Positions 1-8,579 of a DNA stretch of 55,388 bases are shown piece after piece. Position numbers and translations under genes: made by a program. The notes beneath the pieces were generated by a model, which ran no database searches, had not been told where the DNA came from, and was given only the letters and a program-made list of their open reading frames with translations. The stretch comes from Opitutia bacterium (GTDB taxonomy: Bacteria; Verrucomicrobiota; Verrucomicrobiia; Opitutales; T3Sed10-336), in NCBI GenBank assembly GCA_050506795.1, contig JBJHCF010000037.1:1-55388 (forward strand), given 5' to 3'. Every line of letters starts with the position of its first letter. Positions within the stretch are counted from its first letter, which is position 1.

Positions 1-153
1 GGTAAAGGATAAAGCAATGAAATCCGCGCCAAGGGAGGTCAACATAGAAAATAAATTTCCTGCGAATTCCGTCGGGGGGTTCTCCCGAACCTCACCGATT
101 TTTCAGGAAAACCGCGTTGCCAAACCGGGGTGGGAGTGGTTGCAATGAGGCAC

Positions 154-1989
154 ATGTCAATGACTCCACTCCAGGAACTGCGGCACTCCGCCGCCCACGT
201 CATGGCCACCGCCGTCCTCCGGATCTTCCCGGAGGCCAAGCTGGACATCGGGCCACCGACGGACACCGGATTCTACTACGATTTCGACCTGGAACACCCG
301 CTCTCCGCCGAAGACCTCGAAAAGATCGAGGCCGAGATGCGCAAGGTCATCAAGGAGAACCAGCCCTTCGAGCGCATCGAAACCACCCGCGAGGAGGCTA
401 GAAAGTTTTTCGAAGAGCGCAACCAGCCCTACAAGATCGGCCGCCTGGCGGACATTCCCGAGGACGAGGCGGTCACCTTTTACCGCAACGGCGAGTTCAC
501 CGATCTCTGCGCGGGCACCCACGTTCGCTACACCAAACAGATCAAGGCGTTCAAACTGCTCAACGTCGCGGGCGCCTACCACCGGGGCGACGAACGCAAT
601 AAGCAGCTCCAGCGCATCTACGGCACCGCTTTTCCCAGCAAGGAGGAACTGGCGGAGTACCTGGAGCGCCTGGAGGAGGCCAAAAAACGCGACCACCGCA
701 AGCTGGGCCGGGAACTGGAACTGTTCCACATCGACGACGCCGTCGGCCAGGGACTCATCCTCTGGAAACCCCACGGCGCGGTCATTCGCCAGCAACTGCA
801 GGATTTCATCTCCGGAGAACTTCGCAAGCAGGGCTACCACCAGGTCTTCACCCCGCACGTGGGAAAACTCGACCTGTTCAAGACCTCCGGGCACTTCCCC
901 TACTACCAGGACTCCCAGTTCCCCCCGGTGATTCATCACGAGTTTCTGGACGCCCGTGCCTCCGAGGGATGCACCTGCGGCGAGCTGGCCAATCTCATGC
1001 GCTCCGGGGAAATCGAGGGCTACCTGCTCAAGCCGATGAACTGCCCCATGCACATCAAGATCTTCGACTCCTCCCCCCATTCCTACCGGGATCTCCCGGT
1101 GCGCTTGGCGGAGTTCGGCACCGTCTACCGCTGGGAGCAGTCCGGCGAACTGAACGGCATGACCCGGGTGCGCGGTTTCACCCAGGACGACGCCCATATT
1201 TTCTGCACCGAGGATCAGCTCGCCGCCGAGATCGGCGGTTGCCTCGACCTGGTGAAAACCGTTTTCCAGACCCTCGGCATGACCGACTACCGGGTGCGCA
1301 TCGGGTTGCGCGATCCGGATTCAGACAAATACACCGGCGACCCGGCCAACTGGAACAAGGCCGAAGCCGCCCTGCGCGAAGCCGCCCGTAGCCTCGGTGT
1401 GGCCTTCACCGAAGAGCCCGGCGAGGCCGCCTTCTACGGTCCGAAGATCGACTTCGTGGTCAAGGACGTCATCGGCCGCGAGTGGCAGCTCGGCACCGTG
1501 CAGGTCGACTACAACCTGCCGGAGCGCTTCGACCTCTCCTACATCGGGGCCGACAACCAGCATCACCGTCCGGTCATGATCCACCGCGCCCCGTTTGGCT
1601 CCATGGAGCGGTTCTGCGGGGTGCTGATCGAACACTTCGCCGGCAACTTCCCGCTCTGGCTCGCCCCCGAACAGGTGCGGGTTCTGCCCATCAGCGACAA
1701 ACTCCTCGACTACGGAAACCGGGTCCTGGACAAGCTCAAAGCCGCCGGCCTGCGCGCCTCACTCGACGAGCGCAACGAGAAACTCGGCGCCAAAATCCGT
1801 CGCGGCCGCCTCGAACGCATCCCCTACCTCCTGGTGGTCGGCGAAAAAGAAGCCGCCGAAGACCTGGTCTCCGTCCGCTCCCAAACCGCCGGCGACCTCG
1901 GCAGCCAGGAAGTCGAACGTTTTGTGGAAAACGCTTCCGACGAAGCCCGCGAACGGCGCCTGCCGCCGGCCGCACCGGAGAATGCCTAG
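154..1989 (+). CDS. thrS: Threonine--tRNA ligase (no N-terminal TGS domain)
   Basis: Motifs RHSAAHVMA, DLCAGTH, KPMNCP, RVRGFTQDDAH, GEAAFYGPK, HRAPFGSMERF; start could be 145, 154 or 160. Confidence 0.98.
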   Translation: MSMTPLQELRHSAAHVMATAVLRIFPEAKLDIGPPTDTGFYYDFDLEHPLSAEDLEKIEAEMRKVIKENQPFERIETTREEARKFFEERNQPYKIGRLADIPEDEAVTFYRNGEFTDLCAGTHVRYTKQIKAFKLLNVAGAYHRGDERNKQLQRIYGTAFPSKEELAEYLERLEEAKKRDHRKLGRELELFHIDDAVGQGLILWKPHGAVIRQQLQDFISGELRKQGYHQVFTPHVGKLDLFKTSGHFPYYQDSQFPPVIHHEFLDARASEGCTCGELANLMRSGEIEGYLLKPMNCPMHIKIFDSSPHSYRDLPVRLAEFGTVYRWEQSGELNGMTRVRGFTQDDAHIFCTEDQLAAEIGGCLDLVKTVFQTLGMTDYRVRIGLRDPDSDKYTGDPANWNKAEAALREAARSLGVAFTEEPGEAAFYGPKIDFVVKDVIGREWQLGTVQVDYNLPERFDLSYIGADNQHHRPVMIHRAPFGSMERFCGVLIEHFAGNFPLWLAPEQVRVLPISDKLLDYGNRVLDKLKAAGLRASLDERNEKLGAKIRRGRLERIPYLLVVGEKEAAEDLVSVRSQTAGDLGSQEVERFVENASDEARERRLPPAAPENA

Positions 1990-2021
1990 GAGTCCGTCGG
2001 GCTTCGCCGACAGGCTGCTAG
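1986..2021. repeat. 36-bp palindromic element bounded by CTAG (copy 1)
   Basis: ctagGAGTCCGTCGGGCTTCGCCGACAGGCTGctag; reverse-complement copy at 7553-7588. Confidence 0.8.
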
Positions 2022-2030
2022 GCCGAAATC

Positions 2031-2399
2031 CACTCGGTTAAGGCGAATGGCTCGGTTAAGCTGGTTCATCGCTTGAGAAACCGAATCGGGATCGCGCTTT
2101 CGCTTCGTGGAGGGCGGCGCTCCCGCGCCGCCGCGGCCATGCGGGAGCATGGCCCTCCAGGGGAAGAGCCGATGCGATTCGGTTAAGCCTAAGCTGCTTT
2201 GGCAGGTTTTCCAAAAACCACGCCCGGGTTTTAAGCATTGCTGAACTGCGATGGTTCTCACACGGAGTCACGCCCTCGACGAGCTCAGGCCGGTGAGAGC
2301 TCACGGAGGCCAATCCGGTTGAACTCTTCGTGTCTTTGTGCCTCCGTGTGAGCTCAATTCCCCTGTACTTCTTGCTTCATTAAACGATGACGTGCCATT
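2031..2399. mobile_element. MITE-like element A (REP-containing) with element B nested at ~2189-2385
   Basis: Left end aatggctcggttaag, internal ggagggcggcgctcccgcgccgcc, right end ttaaac..gtgccatt; similar to 14664, 24363 and 50584 copies. Confidence 0.7.
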
Positions 2400-2486
2400 C
2401 GTCCCATCCTGCCCGGAACGGCGGCACGGGAGCGCCACCCGACAACCCCGCATGGGAAAAAAATTCAAAAAAATTAAATCAACCTC

Positions 2487-2516
2487 TTGACTTTCTCTCA
2501 GAGACCCAACTAGTTT
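2487..2516 (+). promoter_or_regulatory. Sigma70-like promoter of the PEP-CTERM gene
   Basis: TTGACT-18 nt-TAGTTT with an A-tract (UP-like) upstream. Confidence 0.5.
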
Positions 2517-2670
2517 GCCTCCCGTTCTTTAGGCAGCTTGGTTACCCCAAGCCAGTTCAACCCTCAATTCTCCGGCGAAAATTCGTCCTATCGAACCTGT
2601 GCCGCCAACCGGCCCACGTTCCCGCGGATTTCGGCCGAAACCTCAAACCCATGCAATAAACCCAAGAAGT

Positions 2671-3354
2671 ATGATGACCCTAAAACACACCCCTCTTCCG
2701 CTGCTGGCGGGAGTTCTGCTCTCGATCCCTACCCTGCACGGGGACAGCCTTGTCACCTACACCGAGTTCCACGATGAGTTCGAGGAACTGGTAACCGCCC
2801 CCACCACTCTCGCCACCGGACTGACCGCCGGCGATATCGCCTTGAGCGACGGGGGCAACATCACCACCGGCAGCGTCAACGCCGGCGACTGGTCTTCGCC
2901 CCTGCCCTACATTCAAGGCAACAGCGGCTGGGGCGAGGCCGATCCGGGAGAAGCCAAAGCCTTCACCTTTACCCTGGAAGCCGAACCGGGTTTCGCTTTC
3001 AGCCTCACCGAATTTCGGTTCGAGGACCGCGCCACCGGCGCCGGACCCTCCGCCATGGGGGTCTGGATCAACGACACCCCGGTTTTCTCCCGCGATGTCG
3101 CCAACAGTGAAAACGAAGTCAACATCATCGATTTGACCGGACTTGGCCTGGACGATCTCACCTCCGCCGCCTTCACCATCGCTGGATGGGACAACGGTTC
3201 CCGCTCCACTTCCGGTGGCGGTCAGTGGCGCACCGCCGGCTACGAGGTCGGAGGCGCCGTCTCCCCCATCCCCGAGCCCTCCACCTGGACACTTTTGGGC
3301 GGTATGGTCGCCTTCGCGGCGGTCACGCTCAAAAAACGGCTTCGCCGTAAATAA
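2671..3354 (+). CDS. PEP-CTERM sorting domain protein
   Basis: N-terminal signal peptide; C-terminus IPEPSTWTLLGGMVAFAAVTLKKRLRRK (PEP, TM helix, basic tail). Confidence 0.93.
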   Translation: MMTLKHTPLPLLAGVLLSIPTLHGDSLVTYTEFHDEFEELVTAPTTLATGLTAGDIALSDGGNITTGSVNAGDWSSPLPYIQGNSGWGEADPGEAKAFTFTLEAEPGFAFSLTEFRFEDRATGAGPSAMGVWINDTPVFSRDVANSENEVNIIDLTGLGLDDLTSAAFTIAGWDNGSRSTSGGGQWRTAGYEVGGAVSPIPEPSTWTLLGGMVAFAAVTLKKRLRRK

Positions 3355-3361
3355 CTACCCC

Positions 3362-3407
3362 TCGCGGAGACGGGAAGGGAGCCCGTCTCCGCGACACCCC
3401 TTTTTTT
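3362..3407 (+). terminator. Putative intrinsic terminator
   Basis: tcgcggagacggg/cccgtctccgcga stem with a T run 6 nt downstream. Confidence 0.6.
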
Positions 3408-3436
3408 GAAAACGGCCAAACCTGGCCCAAAAGAAA

Positions 3437-3533
3437 TGGAGGGCGCCGCTCCGCCGGCGCCGCGGTTCCGGAATGCCTACCCCTGTCTATTCGACGCGCC
3501 GTACCTGCGGCGCCGACGAAGCGGCGCCCTCCA
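3437..3533. repeat. Inverted REP doublet
   Basis: tggagggcgccgctccgccggcgccg ... cggcgccgacgaagcggcgccctcca. Confidence 0.7.
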
Positions 3534-3563
3534 TTTCTCATACCCCAAACAACGTCCCTCGGA

Positions 3564-3938
3564 TCAATCCGACGAAACCCGCGGCATTCCTTCCCCGCAA
3601 TCGCAGAGCCGGTTTTCCGCCGCCACCCACTCGCGAACCGGTTCTCCTCCGATCACATGCTCGCGAAGAATACGATCCAAACGATCCGGCGTCACGTCCC
3701 CATACCAGCTTCCTTCCGGATAAACGACCAGCCAGGGGCCTCCCTTGCAGATCCGAAAACAACCGGCCCTCGTTCGCATCACCGGGATCCCCAGTTCCTT
3801 GATCCGGCTTTTGGCATAGGTCCACAACACCTCGCCCTCCCGCTCGGAACAGCAGTCGGGTCCGAGGCAAAAAAACAGGTGCCGCCGCGCCTGCGGCACT
3901 CCCGCTTTCGCGATCTTTCGCTCCAATGGTTTTCCCAT
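3564..3938 (-). CDS. Thioredoxin-like (2Fe-2S) ferredoxin
   Basis: HLFFCLGPDCC ... RAGCFRICKGGPWLVVYPEGSWY ... ILREHVIGG. Confidence 0.9.
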   Translation of the reverse strand: MGKPLERKIAKAGVPQARRHLFFCLGPDCCSEREGEVLWTYAKSRIKELGIPVMRTRAGCFRICKGGPWLVVYPEGSWYGDVTPDRLDRILREHVIGGEPVREWVAAENRLCDCGEGMPRVSSD

Positions 3939-4016
3939 ACCTTCAAGCCTTTAGCCAAACCGCGCCCACCGCAAATTCGATTTGCCCTCCGCGAATTCAT
4001 TTGCTACCCTAAACCC

Positions 4017-4499
4017 ATGAGTATGACCAAATCATCTTCCGCTTCGGCAAGAGCCAAATCCGCGTCGAAAATCACGCAGGGGCTCAACCAGGTTCTGGCC
4101 GACACCTACGCCTTGATGGCACTGAGCCACCACGCTCACTGGAACGTCGAAGGTCCCGGCTTCTTCGCGCTGCATGCCGCTTTTGAGGAGCATTACAACG
4201 ACCTCTTCCAGGCCGCCGACGAAATCGCCGAGCGCGTCCGGGCCCTCGACGCCTACGCCGTCGGCGGGCTCAAGGCCCTGGCCAAACTCGCCAACCTGGA
4301 CGAACTGGAGGCTCCCGCACCGCAAAACGACTACGTCGCCGCGCTGGTGGACGCCCATGAAAAGACCGCCCGCGACATCCGCAAGGTAAAGGATACCGCC
4401 GCGGACGAGGGCGACACCGAAACGGAGGACATGCTCATCGCCCGCCTCCAGGTCCATGAGAAAACCCTCTGGATGCTGAAAAGCTTCCTGAAGAGTTGA
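4017..4499 (+). CDS. dps: Dps family ferritin-like DNA protection protein
   Basis: HWNVEGPGFFALHAAFEEHY, DEIAERVRAL, HEKTLWML. Confidence 0.95.
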   Translation: MSMTKSSSASARAKSASKITQGLNQVLADTYALMALSHHAHWNVEGPGFFALHAAFEEHYNDLFQAADEIAERVRALDAYAVGGLKALAKLANLDELEAPAPQNDYVAALVDAHEKTARDIRKVKDTAADEGDTETEDMLIARLQVHEKTLWMLKSFLKS

Positions 4500-4540
4500 T
4501 TTTGTATTGCTGAAATCTTGCGCAAATCACGCAAGATTTT

Positions 4541-4784
4541 CTGGAGGGCCATACTCCGCCATGGACGGGGTCGCCCCAAGAGCGGACGTGGCGGTCACTT
4601 CCCTTTGCAACAGCCACCTCGTCGGGCACACCTTCCGGCGGCGGCGCGGGAGCGCCGCCCTCCACGTAACTCCTGATTGGTACCGGCTGCGCCGGATTGG
4701 AGGCGTCGGCAAATCGGAGTATTCGCGGTTTGGTCGGATTTCGATTTTGAACTAAATCGAAATCGTGCTTAACTCGGTGCCATT
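4541..4784. mobile_element. Degenerate MITE-like element A
   Basis: REP ggcggcgcgggagcgccgccctcca (~4640-4664) and end cttaactcggtgccatt. Confidence 0.55.
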
Positions 4785-4862
4785 CAAGTGCCGTCAGGCA
4801 GGGTGTCGCGGTCCGGGCCGATGCCCGCCCGCCAATCAAATCATCGATCAGGCCAAATCCAA

Positions 4863-7556
4863 ATGACAGACACCACTCAGCAGAAGTTCGTCATGCTCCG
4901 TCCCCATTCCCTCACCGACTACCAGGTCGTCGAGCGGTTGGAGAGTCGGCCCCAGGGATTGACCGATGAGGAGGTTGGGAAACGCCTGGAGATCGTCGGC
5001 CCCAACCGTCTGCCCGAGCCCGGTAAGGACGGTCTGATCAAGCGGTTCTTCAAACATTTTCATGATACCCTGATCTACCTCCTGATCGCCGCCGCGGCAA
5101 TCACCGCGGCCCTCGGACATTGGATCGACACCGCCGTCATTATGGCGGTGGTGCTCATCAACGCGATTATCGGCCTGATTCAGGAGGGCAAGGCCAACCA
5201 GGCCCTGGAGGGCATCCGCAAGATGCTCTCCGCCCACGCCCAGGTTCGCCGCGACCGCGAATGGCGGGAAATCGAGGCCGAGAATCTCGTCCCCGGCGAC
5301 ATCGTCCGGATACGTTCGGGCGACCGCGTTCCGGCCGACATTCGTCTTCTCGAAGCGGTCAACCTCCGCATCGAGGAATCGGCCCTGACCGGTGAGTCCG
5401 TTCCCTCGTCGAAACGTCCCGAACCGGTGGAACCTCACTCCGGGGTCGGCGACCGCACCTGCATGGCCTTTTCCGGTTCCATCGTGACTTCCGGCCGCGG
5501 CACGGGGATCGTGACCGGTACGGGAGTGAACACGGAAATGGGCAAGATCAACCGCATGCTCGCGGAGGTGCAAACCCTGGCCACACCCCTCACCCGCCAG
5601 ATGGCGTCCTTTTCGAAAATTCTCTCCTTCGTCATCATCGCCATGGCGGCCGCCATGTTCGGTGTCGGCTGGTTTTTCCACGATTACGAACTGGCCGAAC
5701 TCTTTTTCGCCGCCATCGGCTTCGCGGTCGCGGCCATTCCCGAGGGCCTGCCGGCCATCCTCACCATCACCCTGGCCATTGGGGTCCAAAGCATGGCCCG
5801 GCGCAAAGCCATCACCCGCCAGCTCAACGCCGTCGAAACCCTGGGATCGGTGACCGTCATTTGCTCGGACAAAACGGGCACCCTCACCCGCAATGAAATG
5901 ACCGCGCGACAGGTAATCACGCCGCATCGCGACTACCAGGTCAGCGGCATCGGCTACGCCCCGGAAGGCAAGATCACCTTGGACGGAGAACCGGGCGACC
6001 TGAAAAAACATCCGGATTTGAACGCCCTCCTGGAAGTCATGGCGGTGTGCAACGATGCCGAGGTCGTGGAGAAGGATGGACACTGGACCCTGGTCGGCGA
6101 GCCGACCGAGGGCGCCTTGCGCACTCTCTCCCGCAAAGCCGATTTTCCCCGCCAAGCCTACTCGCGGGTGGCGGTGATTCCGTTCGAGTCCGAGAACAAG
6201 TTCATGGCCACCCTCAGCCGGATTCCCGGCGGAGACTCGCGCATCCTTATGAAGGGCGCCCCGGACCGGCTGCTCGACCGTTGCGCACGGCAACAAACCC
6301 CCACCGGAGAGGCCGAACCCCTCGATCGGGCGTACTGGGAACGCTGGATCGACATCCTGGGCGGACAGGGCCTCCGGGTGCTCGCGGCCGCGACGCGTGA
6401 ATCTTCCGAGAAGAAAAAGGACCTCACCTTGAACGATCTCGCCGGGGACATGGTGTTCCTCGGTCTCGTTGGCATCGTCGACCCGCCCCGCGAGGAAGCC
6501 ATCCAGGCCATCAAAATCTGTCGTGAGGCCGGCATCCGGATAAAAATGATCACCGGCGATCACCCCGGAACCGCCAGCGCCATCGCCCGGGAAATGGGGA
6601 TCTCCGAAACCGGTGAAGCGGTCACGGGCGACGAGCTGGAGAAGGCCGACGACCAGGAACTGCAACGCCTGGTGCGCGACCACGACATCTTCGCCCGCAC
6701 CAGTCCGGAACACAAGCTGCGCCTGGTGACGGCCCTGCAGGCCAACGGCGAGGTGGTCGCCATGACCGGCGACGGGGTGAACGACGCCCCCGCCCTGAAG
6801 CGGGCCGACGTCGGCGTGGCCATGGGTATCAAAGGCACCGAAGCCACCAAGGAAGCCGCCGACATCGTGCTGGCCGACGACAACTTCGCCTCCATCGAAC
6901 GAGCGGTCGAGGAGGGCCGCACCATTTACGACAACCTGCGCAAGGCCATCCTGTTTATTCTCCCCACCAACGGCGCCGAGGCCCTGGTCATCCTGGTCGC
7001 CGTCGCTCTTGGCTGGGTTCTGCCGCTGACCCCGGTGCAGATTCTCTGGGTCAACATGGTCACCGCGGTCACCCTGGCCCTCGCCCTGGCCTTCGAACCC
7101 TCCGAACCCGACATCATGCGACGTCCGCCACGCGATCCCAAAGCGCGCATTCTGGGTCTTCGATATCTCTGGCGGATCAGTTTCGTGTCGCTCTTGATCG
7201 GCGGCGCAACGATCGCGGTATTCGTCATCGAACGCCACCTCGAAATGCCCATCGATCTGGCCCGCACCATGGCGGTCAACACCCTCGTTTGCGCCCAGGT
7301 GTTCTATTTGTTCAACAGCCGCTTCATGCGCGAATCGAGTTGCCGGGTGGACCGCCTGTTCACCAACCGGGTGGTCTGGTTCGCCGTCACCGCCCTGGCC
7401 CTGTTGCAACTGGCTTTCGTTTACCTGCCATTCATGCACACCGCCTTCGGCTCGACGCCCCTCGAACTCCGCCACTGGCTGGTGCCTATCGGTGTCGGCC
7501 TGGCCGTGTTCTTCATCGTGGAAGCCGAAAAAGCCCTGACCCGCAAGGAGTCCTAG
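4863..7556 (+). CDS. Cation-transporting P-type ATPase (type II, Ca2+-like)
   Basis: TGES, IPEGLP, DKTGTLT, KGAP, TGDGVND motifs; multiple TM helices. Confidence 0.96.
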   Translation: MTDTTQQKFVMLRPHSLTDYQVVERLESRPQGLTDEEVGKRLEIVGPNRLPEPGKDGLIKRFFKHFHDTLIYLLIAAAAITAALGHWIDTAVIMAVVLINAIIGLIQEGKANQALEGIRKMLSAHAQVRRDREWREIEAENLVPGDIVRIRSGDRVPADIRLLEAVNLRIEESALTGESVPSSKRPEPVEPHSGVGDRTCMAFSGSIVTSGRGTGIVTGTGVNTEMGKINRMLAEVQTLATPLTRQMASFSKILSFVIIAMAAAMFGVGWFFHDYELAELFFAAIGFAVAAIPEGLPAILTITLAIGVQSMARRKAITRQLNAVETLGSVTVICSDKTGTLTRNEMTARQVITPHRDYQVSGIGYAPEGKITLDGEPGDLKKHPDLNALLEVMAVCNDAEVVEKDGHWTLVGEPTEGALRTLSRKADFPRQAYSRVAVIPFESENKFMATLSRIPGGDSRILMKGAPDRLLDRCARQQTPTGEAEPLDRAYWERWIDILGGQGLRVLAAATRESSEKKKDLTLNDLAGDMVFLGLVGIVDPPREEAIQAIKICREAGIRIKMITGDHPGTASAIAREMGISETGEAVTGDELEKADDQELQRLVRDHDIFARTSPEHKLRLVTALQANGEVVAMTGDGVNDAPALKRADVGVAMGIKGTEATKEAADIVLADDNFASIERAVEEGRTIYDNLRKAILFILPTNGAEALVILVAVALGWVLPLTPVQILWVNMVTAVTLALALAFEPSEPDIMRRPPRDPKARILGLRYLWRISFVSLLIGGATIAVFVIERHLEMPIDLARTMAVNTLVCAQVFYLFNSRFMRESSCRVDRLFTNRVVWFAVTALALLQLAFVYLPFMHTAFGSTPLELRHWLVPIGVGLAVFFIVEAEKALTRKES

Positions 7557-7588
7557 GAGCCTGTCGGCGAAGCCCGACAGACTCCCAG
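7553..7588. repeat. 36-bp palindromic CTAG-bounded element (copy 2)
   Basis: ctagGAGCCTGTCGGCGAAGCCCGACAGACTCccag overlapping the ATPase stop. Confidence 0.8.
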
Positions 7589-7592
7589 AGGG

Positions 7593-7780
7593 AATGGCAC
7601 TCGGGTAAGGCCGTTGACCGAAGGAGCGTGGTCCAACTGTGGTAAGTTTACCAAAAATCAATCCCGGTTTTGAGCGTTGCTGAACTGTAAAGGTTCTCAC
7701 ACAGAGCCACGGAGCTCACGGAGGTGGGTCCTGTATAAATCTCCGTGACTTTGTGCCTCCGTGTGAGCCCGATCTCCGCA
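7593..7780. mobile_element. Element A left end followed by truncated element B
   Basis: aatggcactcgggtaagg, then sequence matching the 45400 and 53002 copies (cacagagccacggagctcacggag...ctccgtgtgag). Confidence 0.65.
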
Positions 7781-7930
7781 TTTGCGGTTCCCGTCGCCCA
7801 GAGGGCACCCGCCGGAAACCGTCCCTTCGGGACTCGCGTTCGCTCACCATCTACGCGCTGCCGCGCTTCGTCCGCGGTATTTTTTGCTTCATCAAGCGAT
7901 ACGCCGCCTTAACGAGCGCCATTCGGGCTA

Positions 7931-7950
7931 TTGTTACAGATCTGTGACAA
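7931..7950. promoter_or_regulatory. Pho-box-like palindromic operator
   Basis: ttgttacagatctgtgacaa; minus strand reads TTGTCACAGATCTGTAAC, two half-sites 11 bp apart. Confidence 0.55.
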
Positions 7951-8069
7951 TTCCTCCGCATCCGGCGGGATAATTCCAAAAGGGTTTGATTCCGGGACGC
8001 TTCCGTTCAATCTCAACCGTATGGCATTTCCACTGGTCTACCGTGTCCGGAAAGAAGGCGAGGCGATCC

Positions 8070-8558
8070 ATGGGTGTTGAGATCGAACGCAAGTTTTTGG
8101 TCGACGCGGAAAAACTCCCCGTTCCCGATTCCAGTTTCGCCGTCGAGCAGGCCTACCTCGATCATGAAAAGATCAAAGCCCGGGTGCGCATCACCGGCGA
8201 CCGCGCCTTTCTCACACTCAAAGCCGTCGGCAACGGCCTGACTCGGGCGGAATTCGAGTATCCGATTCCGGTGGAGGACGCGCACGAACTGCTGCGCTTG
8301 TTCGCACCGGCCGCACGAATCGAGAAAACCCGCCGTCACTACCATTACGGCGGCCGGCTTTGGGAGGTCGACGTTTTTGCCGGGGCCAACGCCGGACTGG
8401 TCATGGCGGAAGTGGAGCTCTCCGCCGAGGACGAATCGTTCGAGACGCCTCCCTGGGTGGGACGGGAGGTCAGCGGCGACCCGCGTTTTTTCAACGCCAA
8501 CCTGGCCAATCATCCGTATCCGGAATGGAAGGACGCCGCAACCGGGGGCCGGCAATGA
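8070..8558 (+). CDS. CYTH domain protein (triphosphate tunnel metalloenzyme)
   Basis: EIERKF, QAYL, RVRI, LTLK, EFEY, IEKTR, WEVDVF, AEVEL. Confidence 0.94.
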   Translation: MGVEIERKFLVDAEKLPVPDSSFAVEQAYLDHEKIKARVRITGDRAFLTLKAVGNGLTRAEFEYPIPVEDAHELLRLFAPAARIEKTRRHYHYGGRLWEVDVFAGANAGLVMAEVELSAEDESFETPPWVGREVSGDPRFFNANLANHPYPEWKDAATGGRQ

Positions 8559-8579
8559 CCCCGCAACCGCACCCGGGAA

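Noticed and set aside
1..153. T-box or thrS operator
   Set aside because: No T-box consensus or anticodon-mimic hairpin recognised; the region is truncated by the window edge.
4790..4862. Possible yybP-ykoY riboswitch before the P-type ATPase
   Set aside because: Only a weak gggtgtcgc resemblance; the conserved elements and stems could not be built.
4848..7700. 950-aa antisense ORF, and similar long antisense ORFs over thrS, pncB, pgi, the RND permease and the BNR genes
   Set aside because: Shadow ORFs of high-GC coding strands; no recognisable motifs, while the opposite strand has clear family signatures.
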